A stretch of 56,976 nucleotides of DNA, the filler included, from Jimgerdemannia flammicorona (lineage: Eukaryota), in NCBI GenBank assembly GCA_003990765.1. It is 3 parts of 3 records of this genome, joined end to end, with 100 filler letters (N's around TTAATTAATTAA, not from the genome) between each part and the next. Parts side by side here need not be neighbours in the genome. Positions count along the whole stretch, not along the records: positions 38,054 to 56,976 come from RBNJ01002073.1; 2 more parts are not named here. One strand, 5' to 3'. Numbering within the stretch: the stretch's first letter is position 1; each line of letters begins with the position of its first letter. Under the pieces are notes generated by a model. The model had not been told where the DNA came from and did no database searches. It was given only the letters and a program-made list of their open reading frames with translations. Positions 38,825 to 52,400 of the stretch are shown here, piece after piece. The translations under genes were made by a program, and so were the position numbers.

Positions 38825-39243
38825 ATGTCATCAAAGTACAGAAGATATGGTACAAGACTACCATCACTACTAAGGCCCACCCAAATAATGCTAGATATGA
38901 CCTCTACAGCAGCCAAGACCTCACCATCCCACCAAGTACCAATGCTACAGTGCGAACAGGAATTGCAATGCAAGCCCCTAGAGGTACATATATCTGCCTT
39001 GCTGAGCAAAGCAGCCTAGCCAAAGAGTTCAACATTGGGCTAAGAGGAGGAGTAGTTGACCAAGGATTTACTGGTGAAATCTATGTCATCTTGCGAAATT
39101 TTGGAGACACATTATTTGAAGTCAAAGCAGACCAAAGAATTGCCCAAGCAATCATTGAAGAAATCCATCAAGACCTCACCATTGAAGAAGTTCCTGAACT
39201 CTTCCAGACAGACCATGGCAAGAAAGGGTTTGGATCTACCAAT
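38825..39243 (+). pseudogene. dUTPase domain of B1, between gag knuckle and protease
   Basis: Motifs ARYDLYS, EQSSLA, GGVVDQGFTGEI, DQRIAQA, TDHGKKGFGST. Confidence 0.92.
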
Positions 39244-42200
39244 AAACCTCACAGTCAAAAGGTCACCACCATGAAGGAAGATGATGAAAACTGGTATAAG
39301 AGAATTGTAGATGGTTATGTACCATGTGGATGATGCACTCATTCTATTTGAATATACTGCATGAAACATATTGGTGAATGCCATGCATACCTCTCCAAAG
39401 TTTTCAAAATTCAATCTGAGAAGTACCAAGCTCAATAGACTGAGGAACCCAAACAAGACAACCCTCCTTGTGAAGGATGGGGAGAAACTGACTTCGAGGA
39501 GACTGACAGCAATTGGGACAACAACGAGGATGAAGAGCTCAATACCATCAAGAAGGAGGATAGTTGCATCAAGTTCACAGGCCAAGTCCATAGACAAAAT
39601 ATCAATGTCTTGCTTGATAGTGGTGCTACTGGAAACTACATCAGCACCAAGACTGTCAAGAGGATTGGAGCCTGAAGCAGACCAACTACTGAGAAAAGAA
39701 GTGTTATCTTTGGTGATGGAAAGACTGCACTATTTACCAAGATCTGTGAAGATCTTTTGCTCAAGATTGGCAAATATCAAAAGAAGTTGGACTTCAGCAT
39801 TATAGACCTCCCAGGACAAGACATTATCTTAGAAAAAGCCTGGTTGACCCAGCACATCCCAGATATCAACTGGAGAACCAATGAGGTTAACCTGACCCAT
39901 GAAGGTAGAAAGATCACCCTGACACCCCAGGAAGGTACCAACCACCAAGGAATCGAAATCATCTCTGCCATTCAAATGAAGAGACTATGTTGAAAAAAGG
40001 GAAACACCTACTTCATCTGTATAGTACAAGAAGTCACTGAAGCTACAAGTAGTCCAATTCCAACAGAAGCTCAAGAACTGTTTGAAGAATTCCAAGATGT
40101 ATTCCAAGATCCTCAAGGACTCCCACCCAAACACCAAATCCAACATAGAATTTATCTTATTCCAGGATCTGAACCCCTATACAAGAGTATCTATCAACTG
40201 GCTCAACCTGAGCTCAAGACCCTCAAGGATGAATTGACCAAACTACTGGCCCAAGGATACATTGAACTCAGCCACTTTCCATTTGGAGCCCCCATTCTAT
40301 TTGTCAAGAAGAAGGATGGCTCTCTGCGAATATGTATTGACTACAGAGCCCTCAACAAGATCACTATCAAGAACCAGTATGCCTTGTCCAGGATTGATGA
40401 GTTGCTATACCAAATCTTCAAGGCCAAGACCTTTTCTCTACTGGATTTGCGAAATGGCTATCACCAGATTCTCATTGATGAAAAGGACATTGAGAAGACA
40501 GCTTTCTGAACACGGTTTGGATACTACCAGTTCCATATCATGCCTTTTGGATTGACCAATGCACTAGCAACATTTCAGTATCTGATGAATGACATCTTTG
40601 GACCACTCCTCAACATCTGTGTCTGTGTGTATATTGATGATATATATAATAATCTACAGCAAGACAGTAGAGCTACACTACACTCATCTCAGACAAGTAC
40701 TGACCCTCCTGCGAGAACACCTGCTCTATGCCAAGATGAGCAAATGCAAGTTCTATCAAGACCAGATTGAATACCTAAGACACATCATCTCTGCTGAAGG
40801 TATCAATGTGGACCTCCGAAAGGTATCAGCCCTTAAGGATATTTCTATCCCTACTACCCTTAAGCTACTTCAGTGCTTTCTGGGTATTGCCAGTTATTAC
40901 TGAAGGTTTATTCAAGAATACTCTGCTATTACAGCTCCATTAACCAGTCTGGCCTGCAAAGGAGTAAACATTAAAGCTGAATGGACCCCCAAATACACTC
41001 TGGCTATGGACCACCTCAAGAGACTCCTTACCAAAGCCTCAGTGCTAATTGCACCTGACCCTACCAGACCATTCACTCTGACCACAGATGCCTCTGACAT
41101 TGCTATTGGAGCAGTACTCAGTCAAGAAGACTGCCCAGTGGCCTACCTTTCCCAAAAGCTCAAGCCATCTGAGACCCAGTATACTACCGATGAGAAGGAA
41201 CTCCTGGCTATTGTCACTGTACTCCAGGAATGGTGCCATTTCCTCCTAGGACAGCCATTTGTAGCCTACACTGATCACCATGCACTACAGTATATTCACA
41301 CACAGCCTATGCTGACCCACAGACAAGCCTGCTGGATGGAAATCATTGTCAACTTTGATATGGAAATCATTGTCAACTTTGATATGGAAATCAAGTATAT
41401 CTCAGGTAAAACCAACTGTGTGGCTGATGGTTTCTCCAGATACATAGAAGATGAACTTGTCTTTATGGTCGAAGTAATTGGAGACCTTACCCAAATGATC
41501 AAGAATGGCTACCAGCAAGACAGTCCTCTGATGAATTTCCTTCAATCCTGCCAAGACCCAGAGGCTGAGGTTCCAGAATCCATAAGGCAAATGGCCAAGA
41601 GATTTATCTACTGTAATGGACTTATCTACAGAGACCATAACAGAGTGGTTGTACCTAACAATGATACTCTGCAACTCAATATCATGCAGGAACTTCATGA
41701 TACTCCTGCAGCAGGACACTTTGGTTTTGAAAAGACCTACAACCTCCTCTCAAGAGAGTTCTACTGGCCAAAGATGACCAAGGATATCAAAGACTTTGTG
41801 GCCTCATACGAGATGTGCCAAAGGTTCAAAAGTGGTAACAAGCTACCAGCAGGACTCCTGCAACCCTTGCCTATCCCAAGTCACAATTGGGACCAGATTG
41901 TAATGGACTTCATTGTCCAACTCTCCAAGACCAAGGCAGGATGAGATGCCATCATAGTATTCGTGGACTGTCTAAGTAAATAAGCCCATTTTGCACCCAC
42001 CAAGACTACCGCTACAGCACCAGAGATTGCCAAGATTTTCCTCAATCAAATATTCAGGCTACATGGCATGCCTAGTACTATTGTATCTGACCGAGATGCC
42101 AAGTTCACAAGCAACTTCTGGAAGGCATTTTTCTCCCTCCATGGAACCAAGCTGAAGTTCTCTACTGCCTACCACCCTCAGACTGACGGTCAAACCAAGC

Positions 42201-43619
42201 AAACAAACAGGACTCTCAAACAGATGCTTAGCATCTTCTGCTGTTACAAGCAAAATGATTAAGATAAGTACCTAGCTCATGCTGAGTTTGCCTACAACAA
42301 CAGTCAGCAAACCTCCACAAAGAAGACTCCATTCTTTCTGAACCATGGTCAACACCCAAGGACCCCAAGTACTACTGCGAAATCAGTAGTCCCAGCAGCC
42401 CAAGATCTGGCCAAGACCATTTCTGACCTTACCCAAATGACAAGAGATGCTCTCATAGAAGTACAAGACTACCAGACCAAGTATGCGAACTTGAAGCAAA
42501 GAGAAGCCTCCTACAATATTGGTGACAAGGTCATGCTTAGAACAGACTACCTTCACCCAGACATCCTGGCCCAACAACCAGCAAAGAAACTCCATGCTAG
42601 AAGAATTGGACCATACAAGATCGTGGAAAAATCAGCAAAGTCAACTACAAGTTGCAACTTTCCCACAATATCTGAGTACACCCAGTCTTCCATATCAGCC
42701 AATTGGTGGACTACCATGAGAACCCATTCCCCAAGCATACAGTTCCACCACCACCCCCAATTAGGATCAATGATTATGAGGAATTTGAAATTGTGGAAGT
42801 ACTTGACCAAAAGGTCTGCAAATATCCCAAAACAGTCAAGCACTTTTTCCTGATCAAATTGAAGAGTTACCCCACCCATGATGCCATCTGGGAAAAAGAA
42901 GAAGCCCTGAAGAATGCATGCGAAGCCCTCTAGGACTACATGGAAACACTCACCCCCTAGCAAAGGAAGGAACTACAGCTCTAAGCATAGGAGTACACAG
43001 TGAGCAGAAGGGTACCACATATTTTTAACCAGAAACATATAATACCAAACATTGCAGAGAAAAAGGAATACTATGGAAAACTAACAAGAAGATACCTGAG
43101 CAAAAGAACAATCTAGTACAGTACAGCAAAACACATTTGAACAACTCTATTTTATGCTATCTGTTTCATCTCCACTGGATGATGACGGACACTTCATGTG
43201 AAACTTAGGAAAGCCAACAATGTCAAAACCAGTCTAAGTCCATCCATGTGACAGATATTGTTACTAGGAATTGTCTTGGATTACAAGAAAGTCTATTTCC
43301 AAGAGGTTTGAACCCCCAGCCGCAACAATGGGAGCCCTTGCCCTAGACAAGGATGGCCAGTCCTCACAAATGTGCCAACCAGACAAAAAAAAAGTGGACC
43401 AAAACCTGTTAACCCTGTGTAACCATAATTATAAGTGATGATATCTTTGAAATCAGGATTTTCTCATGTGACCAACACATGCCCTGCTTACAGCAACAGA
43501 TCATGCATTCTGCCAGAAAGTGTGACCAAAGGAAGGTTACATCAGATGGATAAATAAGTATAAATACCCAAGGCAAGAATACCCCACAACTCTCATCCCC
43601 CTCTTCTCACAAGACAAGA

Positions 43620-44447
43620 ATGCCTGCCACCTGCCACTAAACTGCCCACTGTAGCCAGCCCCTTCCAAGCCAGGTTGACCACCTCTTTGGACACATCCAG
43701 GTTGCTATCCAGAGAAGGAACTGCCACTCAGAGGTCCTTAACCTCTCTAGCCCAGACCTAGGACAGTATGTCCTTGATCGCTGTGAAATTATTGAAAGGG
43801 CCTACCTCGCTACCAGCTGCCTAGAAATCTGCCATGAATATGAAATCAGTCACCAGTTTCTCCAATATACAAGTAGCCTACTCATGGACCAGGTCTCTGA
43901 CTGGACTCACCTAGACAGGCATGAGCAAAGACTTGCCAAGAAGGTCCATCAAATCATATACCATGCACTCTTCACGATCCCCAACCTCAACTACATACAA
44001 CTGAAGGACTTCCAGAACTTCTCTTTCCCTAAGGTCGATGCCCTAGAAGTCAAGGTCGCCCAAGAAGCCAACTTCTGGATTGCCCTCAAGTCTACTGACA
44101 TTGTACCTCACTGGAGCCCCCTCCTGAATGACAACTCTGACCAATGGCTCCAAGGTCTCTCTGATCTCTTTGAGGGACCACCTATTCGAATGGATATTCC
44201 TAGGCATGAAGATCAAGAGCCCTACTTGGATGGCCCTAACTGCATCAGATGGAGAACCCCTACACCAGTACCTATCCCAATGCAAGAACCATTTGCAGAC
44301 CTCATTGACCTCTCCATCCTGGACAGCGAGCCACTAGTAACCACTCCTCCTGCCCCTGAAGAAGATGGTAACAACTGGGAGGAGGATTCCCCACCTTTCT
44401 CTCCCCTGGTTCTCAATTTCTCAATCAATGAGGATGTTGATTTCTAA
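43620..44447 (+). pseudogene. 3' accessory ORF of B1 (275 codons, single stop at codon 7), unknown function
   Basis: ATG 43620 is in frame with ORF 43884-44447; B2 has CAA where B1 has TAA; the ORF ends immediately before the PPT. Confidence 0.85.
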
Positions 44448-44458
44448 GGGGGGAAGGA

Positions 44459-45272
44459 TGTAATAGAATGAACGAGCAAACAGATGGGATGCGATGAGAC
44501 GAACGATCACATGACCCAGCAATAATATCATCATATGATCGAGCACAGCATATGAATAATGAGTAATGAATGATGCAAACGAATGATGTGGAAAATGATA
44601 TTTAGCTTATCCCTGACAACTAGTGCCACAGCAATGGTTACCACAGCTGCTGATTATTACCTAGTAATTGAGGTCCTGATCACAAAGATATTCTTTACCA
44701 AAAACCACCTGACAAAGGTTGTGATCACAAACCTCATTATAGTTACCAAATTAGTCACTCATACTTAGTCAGAAATCACAGACCAACTTGTATAAATACC
44801 CCCCAGTTTTCCATCCGAAATAAAGCAGTTTTAGTTCAGTCCTTGATACAAGAATCAAGTCTCCCCCCATACACACACATTCCCCTGAGTCTTAGTAATG
44901 ACATCTAAGTGACTCTAGTATTTCTGACTAAACTCCAGAAGCCTAGCTAACTTCTGCCAGAACTGAGACCGGTATATAAATCCCCAAAGACTTAAGTAAA
45001 CCCATTGAACCTGAATTCCAAGGCGAATTCAGTCTGTGCACACCAAAGAACAAGACCATTGAAATAGGTCACAAGAGAAAGACCTTTGAAACAGAAGGCA
45101 ACCCAGAGAAAGACCTTTGAAAGATAAGGCACTACCACTACAACTACTTTAAGCGAGTGCTTCCTCAAACTGAAGGCTTCTTAGTACACATTGTGTACTA
45201 AGTCCCTAAGTAATAGTCCACTTCCCTAATTATCCTAAGGATAAGAGAGGAGTAGAAGTGAGAGTTATTATA
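44459..45272 (+). repeat. 3' LTR of B1 (~814 bp)
   Basis: Follows PPT AAGGGGGGAAGGA; TGTAATAG...GTTATTATA (terminal CA mutated to TA); reverse complement of 47780-48592. Confidence 0.92.
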
Positions 45273-47779
45273 GCCAAACCCCTGTGACCATTACACATCA
45301 GCACTGCTCTACTCCCCTCCAACAAACTCAACATAGAAATCTGAAACTTTGGTAGAACACCAATTCTGTCCAACACCTTGCCTAGCCAAACCTGCTGAAT
45401 ATGGTCATAAGCCTTCTCCTGGTCCAAAAAGACCAGTCTACCATCTAGTCTGCAGGCCCTGGCTCCTTCAATAATGCTATGTACCCAGGCAGTCCTATCT
45501 CTGATAAGTCTACCTCCTACAAAGTCCTACTGCTCCTCACCCAACATCTGTTGGGCAACCTTCTGTAGCCTTGCAATAATTACCTTGGTCACCAACTTTT
45601 GGTCTATATCCAGAAGCATTATTGGCCTCCAGTTCTTCCAATCCTTGTGCCTGCCCTTGTCTTTGTACAAAAGGGCCACCAGCCCTAAGTCCTGCTCTCT
45701 AACCCACATGCCATTTAGAATAACATGGTTACAGAGGGCAGCCATCTCTCCCAGTACTCTAGGGACTTTTGCCATCTTCTTCCAGAAGTCCCACGGTAAC
45801 CCATCCTCTCCTGGTGCTGTCCCAAGCTTAGTTGCTGCCAGGACTCCTTGAATCTCCTCTTTCTGGACTGGTAAGATCAAATCACCCAGTCTCTCTACTT
45901 ATGGTGGCTCCCACTCCTCCAGCATATCGCCAATTGCCTCTGCATCAGCACTCCCTTCTTCCTCACTCCACAGACCCCACCATTTCTCCTTCAATACCCC
46001 CAGGATCTGCTGCATGCCATGCACCAACTCTCCCTCATCATCAAAGACCCCATCTAATCAATGTCTCACCCTCCTGGCTTTTAGAAGCCTAGACAATTAT
46101 CTAGTAGGTTGCTCTCCCTCCTCAAGTCTCTACAACTGGAGCCTGGCAGCCATACCTCTCATATGAGTCTCCTCCTCCTCTCTTAACACCTGTTGCAGTT
46201 CTACTACCTCCAATTTCACCCTCTCTAACCTCCAATCCTCCACCTCATTGGACATAAGCAAATCAGCCCACTCCAACTACAATCTCCTCAGCCTATTTGA
46301 GGCATACAGTACTTGCCTCCTCCTCCATCTTCTAGCCTCTCTACCAGCTCCTCCCCAGTAAACCCTCACAGCCTCCTTCAACCTCATCCAATGGCCACCC
46401 ACAGACAAACCCTCCTGCCTCCAGAGAGGAACCTTTGCCTGGATGTCCTTCACCCAAGAGTCCTACAACCCCTTCTCAGCCAGCAGTGAGGAGTTAAGGC
46501 ACCAATGTCTGGGTCCATCTCCACTCCCCCCAAACTGCCCCTGCCCAAACAGTCCCCAGTGATCAGACTACGGGTACCACACCACCTCCAAAGTCTTCCA
46601 GACATCAGCACCCCAACATTCAGCTGTCAGAACCCAGTCAATCCTTGTCCCTAAATCATTCACCCAGTATATATAGACCCTGGCATCACCCCACTATGTT
46701 TGGCCCATATCCCCTAAGGAGCTAAGGTTTTCCACCTCCTCCCATATATCCAGACCACTACTCCTCCTATCTGCATTCCTCCCTCCATCAGTTCTATCCA
46801 GTTGCAGATCCTGAACTATGTTAAAATCACTGCCAAGAATATCAACCCCATCTTCCAAGAGAATTCCCTCCTTCAGCAGCTTGGTAATCCATGCAATCCT
46901 CTCTCTCCTAGTCACCGGGCAGTAACAAGAGCCCACCCTCACTAATTCCCACCCTGGTCGGTGCCATTCACCCCAGACCAAGTGATCCCCCCAGCTCCTG
47001 ATTCCCCCCAAATCTCCTCTATCCTTCTTCATCAGAATCACCACCTTTCCAAACTAAGCAGTAGCCCCACCCCATTCTTTAGTCCACTCTATCCTATCAT
47101 CCTCATCCTCACACCATACATCCTGCAGTAAAAAGAGATCAGCCTCCAATCCCTTCAGCCAAGTAAAAATGTTCTTATGCCGCCCAGATCCCCAAAGGCC
47201 ATTTACATTGAGAGAGAAAATGTTAGTTATACTGTTCATAAGGAATAATGTTAAAGATCAAACTTCTTCTCTACAAATCCACACTCAATTCCTCCTGCAC
47301 CAAATCCAAGATGTATTCCACAGCCAGCTCCCTCTCCTCAGCTTCCTTTGCCTCCAACTCCCCCAGAAGTTCAACCATTGCCCCATTCTCTTTCTCCTCA
47401 AAGTCCTCCTGATACTCCATACAGACCTCCTACCAGAACCACAAACTATGGCATTCCGCCCAACAGTAGGCAGCCTGCTCACTAGTGACACCCACCAGCT
47501 CTGCCTTCCTCACCTCATCTATCTCATATCTCTCCTCTTCCAGGAAAATCTCAAGAATCTCCACCTTCAGTGCCTCCACCACACCATCTTCTCACAGAAT
47601 CTGTGCCCAATGCTCCTCAGGCATGACACTCAGATCCACCTCTCCCAATACCTGAGCTGCAAGGTTATCCATCACCTTGCTCATCCACAGCAGATTCCCC
47701 ACCTCCTTCCCTCTAGGGGTCTCTGGCTGCCCAGCATCCAGCATTGTAGTATCAGCATCTATACTGGCATCCTCATTCC
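45273..47779 (-). mobile_element. L1/Tx1-like LINE fragment: end of ORF1, then ORF2 (APE endonuclease and first half of RT) from 47239
   Basis: SLNVNGL, LFLLQD, GSDFN, RIDWVL, SDHW (endonuclease); APGEDGLP, KNWRPIMLL, DQEKAYD (non-LTR RT). Cut on both sides by B LTRs. Confidence 0.9.
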
Positions 47780-48592
47780 TGTAATAACTCTCACTTCTAT
47801 CCCTCTCTTATCTTTTGGATAATTAGGGAAGTGGACTATTACTTAGAGACTTAGTACACAATGTGTACCAAGAAGCCTTCAGTTTGAGGAAGCACTTGCT
47901 TAAAGTAGTTGTAGTGGTAGTACCTTATCTTTCAAAGGTCTTTCTCTGGTTTGCCTTCTGTTTCAAAGGTCTTTCTCTTGTACCTTATTTCGAGAGTCTT
48001 GTTCTTTGCTATGCACAGACTGAATTCGTCTTGGAATTCAGGTTCAATGGGTTTACTTAAGTCTTTTGGGATTTATATACCAGTCTCAGTTCTGGCAGAA
48101 GTTAGCTAGACTTCTGGAGTTTAGTCAGAAATACTATAGTCACTTAGGTGTCATTACTAAGACTCAGGAGAATGTGTGTATGTGGGGGGGGACTTGATTC
48201 TTGTATCAAAGACTGAACTAAAAACTGCTTTATTTTGGATAGAAACTGGGGGGTATTTATACAAGTTGGTGTACGATTTCTAACTAAGTATGAGTGACTA
48301 ATTTAGTAACTATAATGAGGTTTGTGATCGCAACCTTTGTCAGGTGGTTTTTAGCAAAAACAACTTTGTGATCAGGACCTCAATTACTAGGCAATGATCA
48401 GCTGCTGTGGCAACTGTTGATGCGGCGCTGATTGTTGGAGATAAGCTGGATATTGTTTTCCACATTGTTTCGCATTGTTCGTCATTTGTAATTCATATGT
48501 CACACTTCATTTGTATGATGATGTCATCGCCGGGTCATGTGATTGTTCGTCTCATCGCGTCCCATCTGTTTGTACTCGTTCGTTCTATTACA
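47780..48592 (-). repeat. 3' LTR of B2 (~813 bp)
   Basis: TG...CA termini with TGTAATA/TATTACA inverted ends; PPT AAGGAGGGAAGGA adjacent. Confidence 0.93.
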
Positions 48593-48603
48593 TCCTTCCC
48601 TCC

Positions 48604-49434
48604 TTAGAAATCAACATTCTCATTGATTGAGAAATTGAGAACCAGAGGAGAGAAAGGTGAGGAATCCTCCTCAGGATCATTACCATCTTCTTCAAGGGCA
48701 GGGGGGATGGTGGTTGCAGATAGCTCGTTGTCCAGAATGGAGAAGTCAATGAGGTCTGCAAATGGTTCTTGTATTGGAATAGGTACTGGTGTAGAGATTC
48801 TCCATCTGATGCAGTTGGGGCCATCCAAGTAGGGCTCTTGATCTTCATGTCTGGGAATATCCATTCGAATAGGTGGTCCTTCAAAGAGGTCAGAGAAGCC
48901 TTGGAGCCATTGGTCAGGGTTGTCATTCAGGAGGGGGCTCCAATGAGGTTTGATGTCAGTAGACTTGAGGGCAATCCAAGAGTTGGCTTCTTGGGCAACC
49001 TTGACTTCTAGGGCATCAACCTCAGGGAAAGAGAGATTCTAGAAGTCCTTCAGTTGTATGTAGTTGAGGTTGGGGATAGCAAAGGGTGCATGGCGCATGA
49101 TTTGATGGACCTTCTTGGCAAGTCTTTGCTTGTGCCTGTCTAGGTAAGTCCAGTCAGAGACCTGGTCTGTGGGTAGGCCACTTGTATGTTGGAGAAGCTG
49201 GTGACCGATTTCATATTCATGCCAGAATTCTAGGCAGCTGGTAGCAAGGTAGGCCCTTTTAATAAGTTTGCAGTGGTCAAGGACATACTGTCCTAGGTCT
49301 GGGCTGGAGAGGTTAAGGACCTCTGAGTGGCAGTTCCTTCCTTAGATGGCAATCTGGATGTGTCCAAAGAGGTGGTCAACCTGGCTTGGGAGGGGCTGGC
49401 TATGGCAAGCAGTTTGGCAGCGGGTGGCAGACAT
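48604..49434 (-). pseudogene. 3' accessory ORF of B2 (276 codons, a few stops)
   Basis: ATG at 49434 (MSATRCQT..QVDHLFGHIQ); frame-preserving alignment to 43620-44447. Confidence 0.85.
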
Positions 49435-52400
49435 TCTTGTCTTGTCTTTTCTTTGTAAGGAAAAGGAGGATGAGGGTTGTGGGGTATTCTTGCCTTCGGT
49501 ATTTATACTTATTCACCTGTCTGATGTGACCTTCCATTGGTTATGCTTTCTGGCAAAATGCATGACCTGTGCTGTAAGCAGAGCATGTGCTGGTCATATG
49601 AGAAAATCCTGATTTCAAAGCTCGTCACCTGTAGTTGTGGTTACACAGGGTTAACAGATCTTGGTCTACTTTTTTTTTGTCTGGTTGGCACATTTGCGAG
49701 GACTGGCCATCCTTGTCTAGGGCAAGGGCTCCCATTGTCGCAGCTGGGGGTTCGAACCTCTTGGAAATAGACTTTCTTGTAATCCAAGGCAATTCTTTAG
49801 TAACAATATCTGTCATGTGGATGGACTTAGACTGGTTTTGACATTATCAGCTTTCCTAAGTTTCATATGAAGCATCTGTCATCATCCAGTGGAGATGACA
49901 CAGATGGCATGAAATAGAGTTGTTCAAATGTGTTTTGCTGTACTGTACTAGATTGTTCTTTTGCTCAGGTATCCTCTTGTTGGTTATCCATAGTATTCCT
50001 TTTTTCACAATATTTGATATTATATATTTCCTGATAAAAATATGTGGTATCCTTCTGCTTGCTGTGTGCTCCTATACTTAGAGCTGTAGTTCCTTCCTTT
50101 ACTGAGGGGTGAGTGTTTCCATGTAGTTCTGGAGGGCTTCGCATGCATTCTTCAGGGCTTCTTCTTTTTCCCAGGTGGCATCATGGGTGGGGTAATCCTT
50201 CCACTTGATCAGGAAAAAATGCTTGACTGTCTTGGGATATTTGCATACCTTGTGGTCAAGTACTTCCTCAATTTCGAATTCCTTATGATCATTGATCCTA
50301 ATTGGGGGTGGTGGTGGAACTGTATGCTCAGGGAATAGGTTCTCGTGATAGTCCACCAATTGGCTGACATGGAATACTGGGTGTACTCGAATATTGTGGG
50401 GAAGTTGCAACTTGTAGTTGACTTTGCTGACTTTTTCCATGATCTTGTATGGTCCAATTCTTCTAGCATGGAGTTTCTTGGCTAGTTGTTGTGCCAGAGT
50501 ATCTGGGTGGAGGTGGTCTGTTCTAAGCATGACCTAGTCACCAATATTGTAGGAGGCTTCTCTTCACTTCAAATTCGCGTACTTGGTCTGGTGGTCTTGT
50601 GCTTCTATGAGAGCATCTCTTGTTTTCGTGTAAGGTCAGAAATGGTCTCGGCCAGATCTTGGACTGCTGGGACTGCTGATTTCATGATAGTACTTGGGGT
50701 CCTTAAGTGTTTACCATAGTTCAGGAAGAATGGAGTCGTCTTTGTGGAGGTTTGCTGACTATTGTTATAGGCAAACTCAGTATGGGCTAGGTACTTGTCC
50801 CAATCATTTTTCTTGGAACAGCAGAAGATGCTAAGCATCTGTTTGAGAGTTCTGTTTGTTTGCTCAGTTTAACCGTCAGTCTGAGGGTGGTAGGCAGTAG
50901 AGAACTTCAGCTTGGTTCCATAGAGGGAGAAAAATGCCTTCCAGAAGTTGCTGGTGAACTTGGCATCTCGGTCAGATACAATGGTGCTAGGCATGCCATG
51001 TAGCCTGAATACTTAGTTAAGAAAGATCTCGGCAATCTCTGGTACCGTAGCAGTGGTCTTGGTGGGTGCAAAATGGGCTTGTTTACTTAGGCGGTCCATG
51101 AATACCATGATGGCATTCCATCCTGCCTTGGTCTTGGGGAGTTGGACAATGAAGTCCATTGCAATCTGGTCCCAATTGTGGCTCGGGATAGGCAAGGGTT
51201 ACAGGAGTCCTGCTGGTAGCTTGTTACCACTTTTGAACCTTTGGTACATCTCACATAAGGCCATAAAGTCTTTGATATCCTTGGTCATCTTTAGCCAGTA
51301 GAACTCTCCTGAGAGGAGGTTGTAGGTCTTTTCGAAACCAAAGTGTCCTGCTGCAGGAGTATCATGGAGTTCCTGTATGATTTTGAGTCGCAGAGTATCA
51401 TTGTTGGGTACAATTACTCTGTCATGGTCCCTATAGATAAGTCCATCATAGTAGGTGAATCTCTTGGCCATTTGCCTCATGGGTTCTGGAACCTCGGTCT
51501 CTGGGTCTTGGCAGAATTGAAGGAAATTCATCAGGGGGCTTTCTTGCTGGTAGCCATCTTTGATCATTTGGGTAAGGTTTCCGATTACTTCAACCATGAA
51601 GACAAGTTCGTCTTCTATGTACCTGGAGAAACCATCAGCCACACAGTTGGTTTTGCCTGAGATATACTTGATTTCCATATCAAAGTTAGCAATTATTTCC
51701 ATCCAGCGGGCTTGTCTGTGGGTCAGCATGGGCTGTGTGTGAATATACTGCAGTGCATGGTGATCAGAGTAGGCCACAAATGGCTGTCCTAGGAGGAAAT
51801 GGCGCCATTCCTGGAGTGCGGTGACAATAGCCAGGAGTTCCTTCTCATGGGTGGTATACTGAGTCTCAGCTGGTTTGAGCTTTTGGGAGAGGTAGGCCAC
51901 TGGGCAGTCTTCTTGACTAAGTACTGCTCCAATAGCAATATCAGAGGCATCTGTGGTCAGAGTGAATGGTCTGGTAGGATCAGGTGCAATTAGCACTGGG
52001 GCCTCGGTAAGGAGTCTCTTGAGATGGTCCATAGTCAGGGTGCATTCGGGGGTCCATTCAGCTTTGATGTTTACTCCTTTATGGGCCAGGCTGGTCAATG
52101 GGGCTGCAATAGCAGAGTATCCTTGGATAAACCTTCAGTAATAACTGGCAATACCCAGAAAGTGCTGGAGTAGCTTGAGGGTAGTAGGGATAGGGATATC
52201 CTTAAGAGCTGATACTTTTTGGGGGTCCATGTTGATACCTTCAGCAGAGATGATGTGTCCTAAGTACTTGATCTGGTCTTGGTAGAACTTACACTTGCTC
52301 ATCTTGGCATAGAGCTGGTGTTCTCACAGAAGGGTCAGTACTTATCTAAGGTGGGTATAGTATAGCTCTACTGTCTTGTTGTAAATTAGTATATCATCAA

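Larger units (their letters stand above)
38054..45272 (+). mobile_element. Chromodomain Ty3/Gypsy element B1, 5' end cut by the contig edge (gag-dUTPase-CysHis-PR-RT-RH-IN-chromo plus 3' accessory ORF)
   Basis: Knuckle FFICKKAGHISFRC; dUTPase; LLDSGA protease; [11 protein letters not shown] and YIDD RT; LTTDASDIAIGAVL RNase H; HDTPAAGHFG..CQR integrase; EFEIVEVLD..FLIKLKSYPTHDAIWEKEEAL chromodomain; consensus pol stop at 42984; PPT then LTR. Confidence 0.95.

Noticed and set aside
41337..41390. MEIIVNFD repeated twice in B1 RNase H
   Set aside because: 24-bp copy-specific tandem duplication, absent from B2.
42985..43619. Possible extra ORF between pol and the 3' ORF in family B
   Set aside because: I could not find a frame that is open in a B1/B2 consensus by eye; needs more copies.
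47169..47822. 217-aa plus-strand ORF
   Set aside because: Antisense shadow of the purine-rich LINE ORF1.
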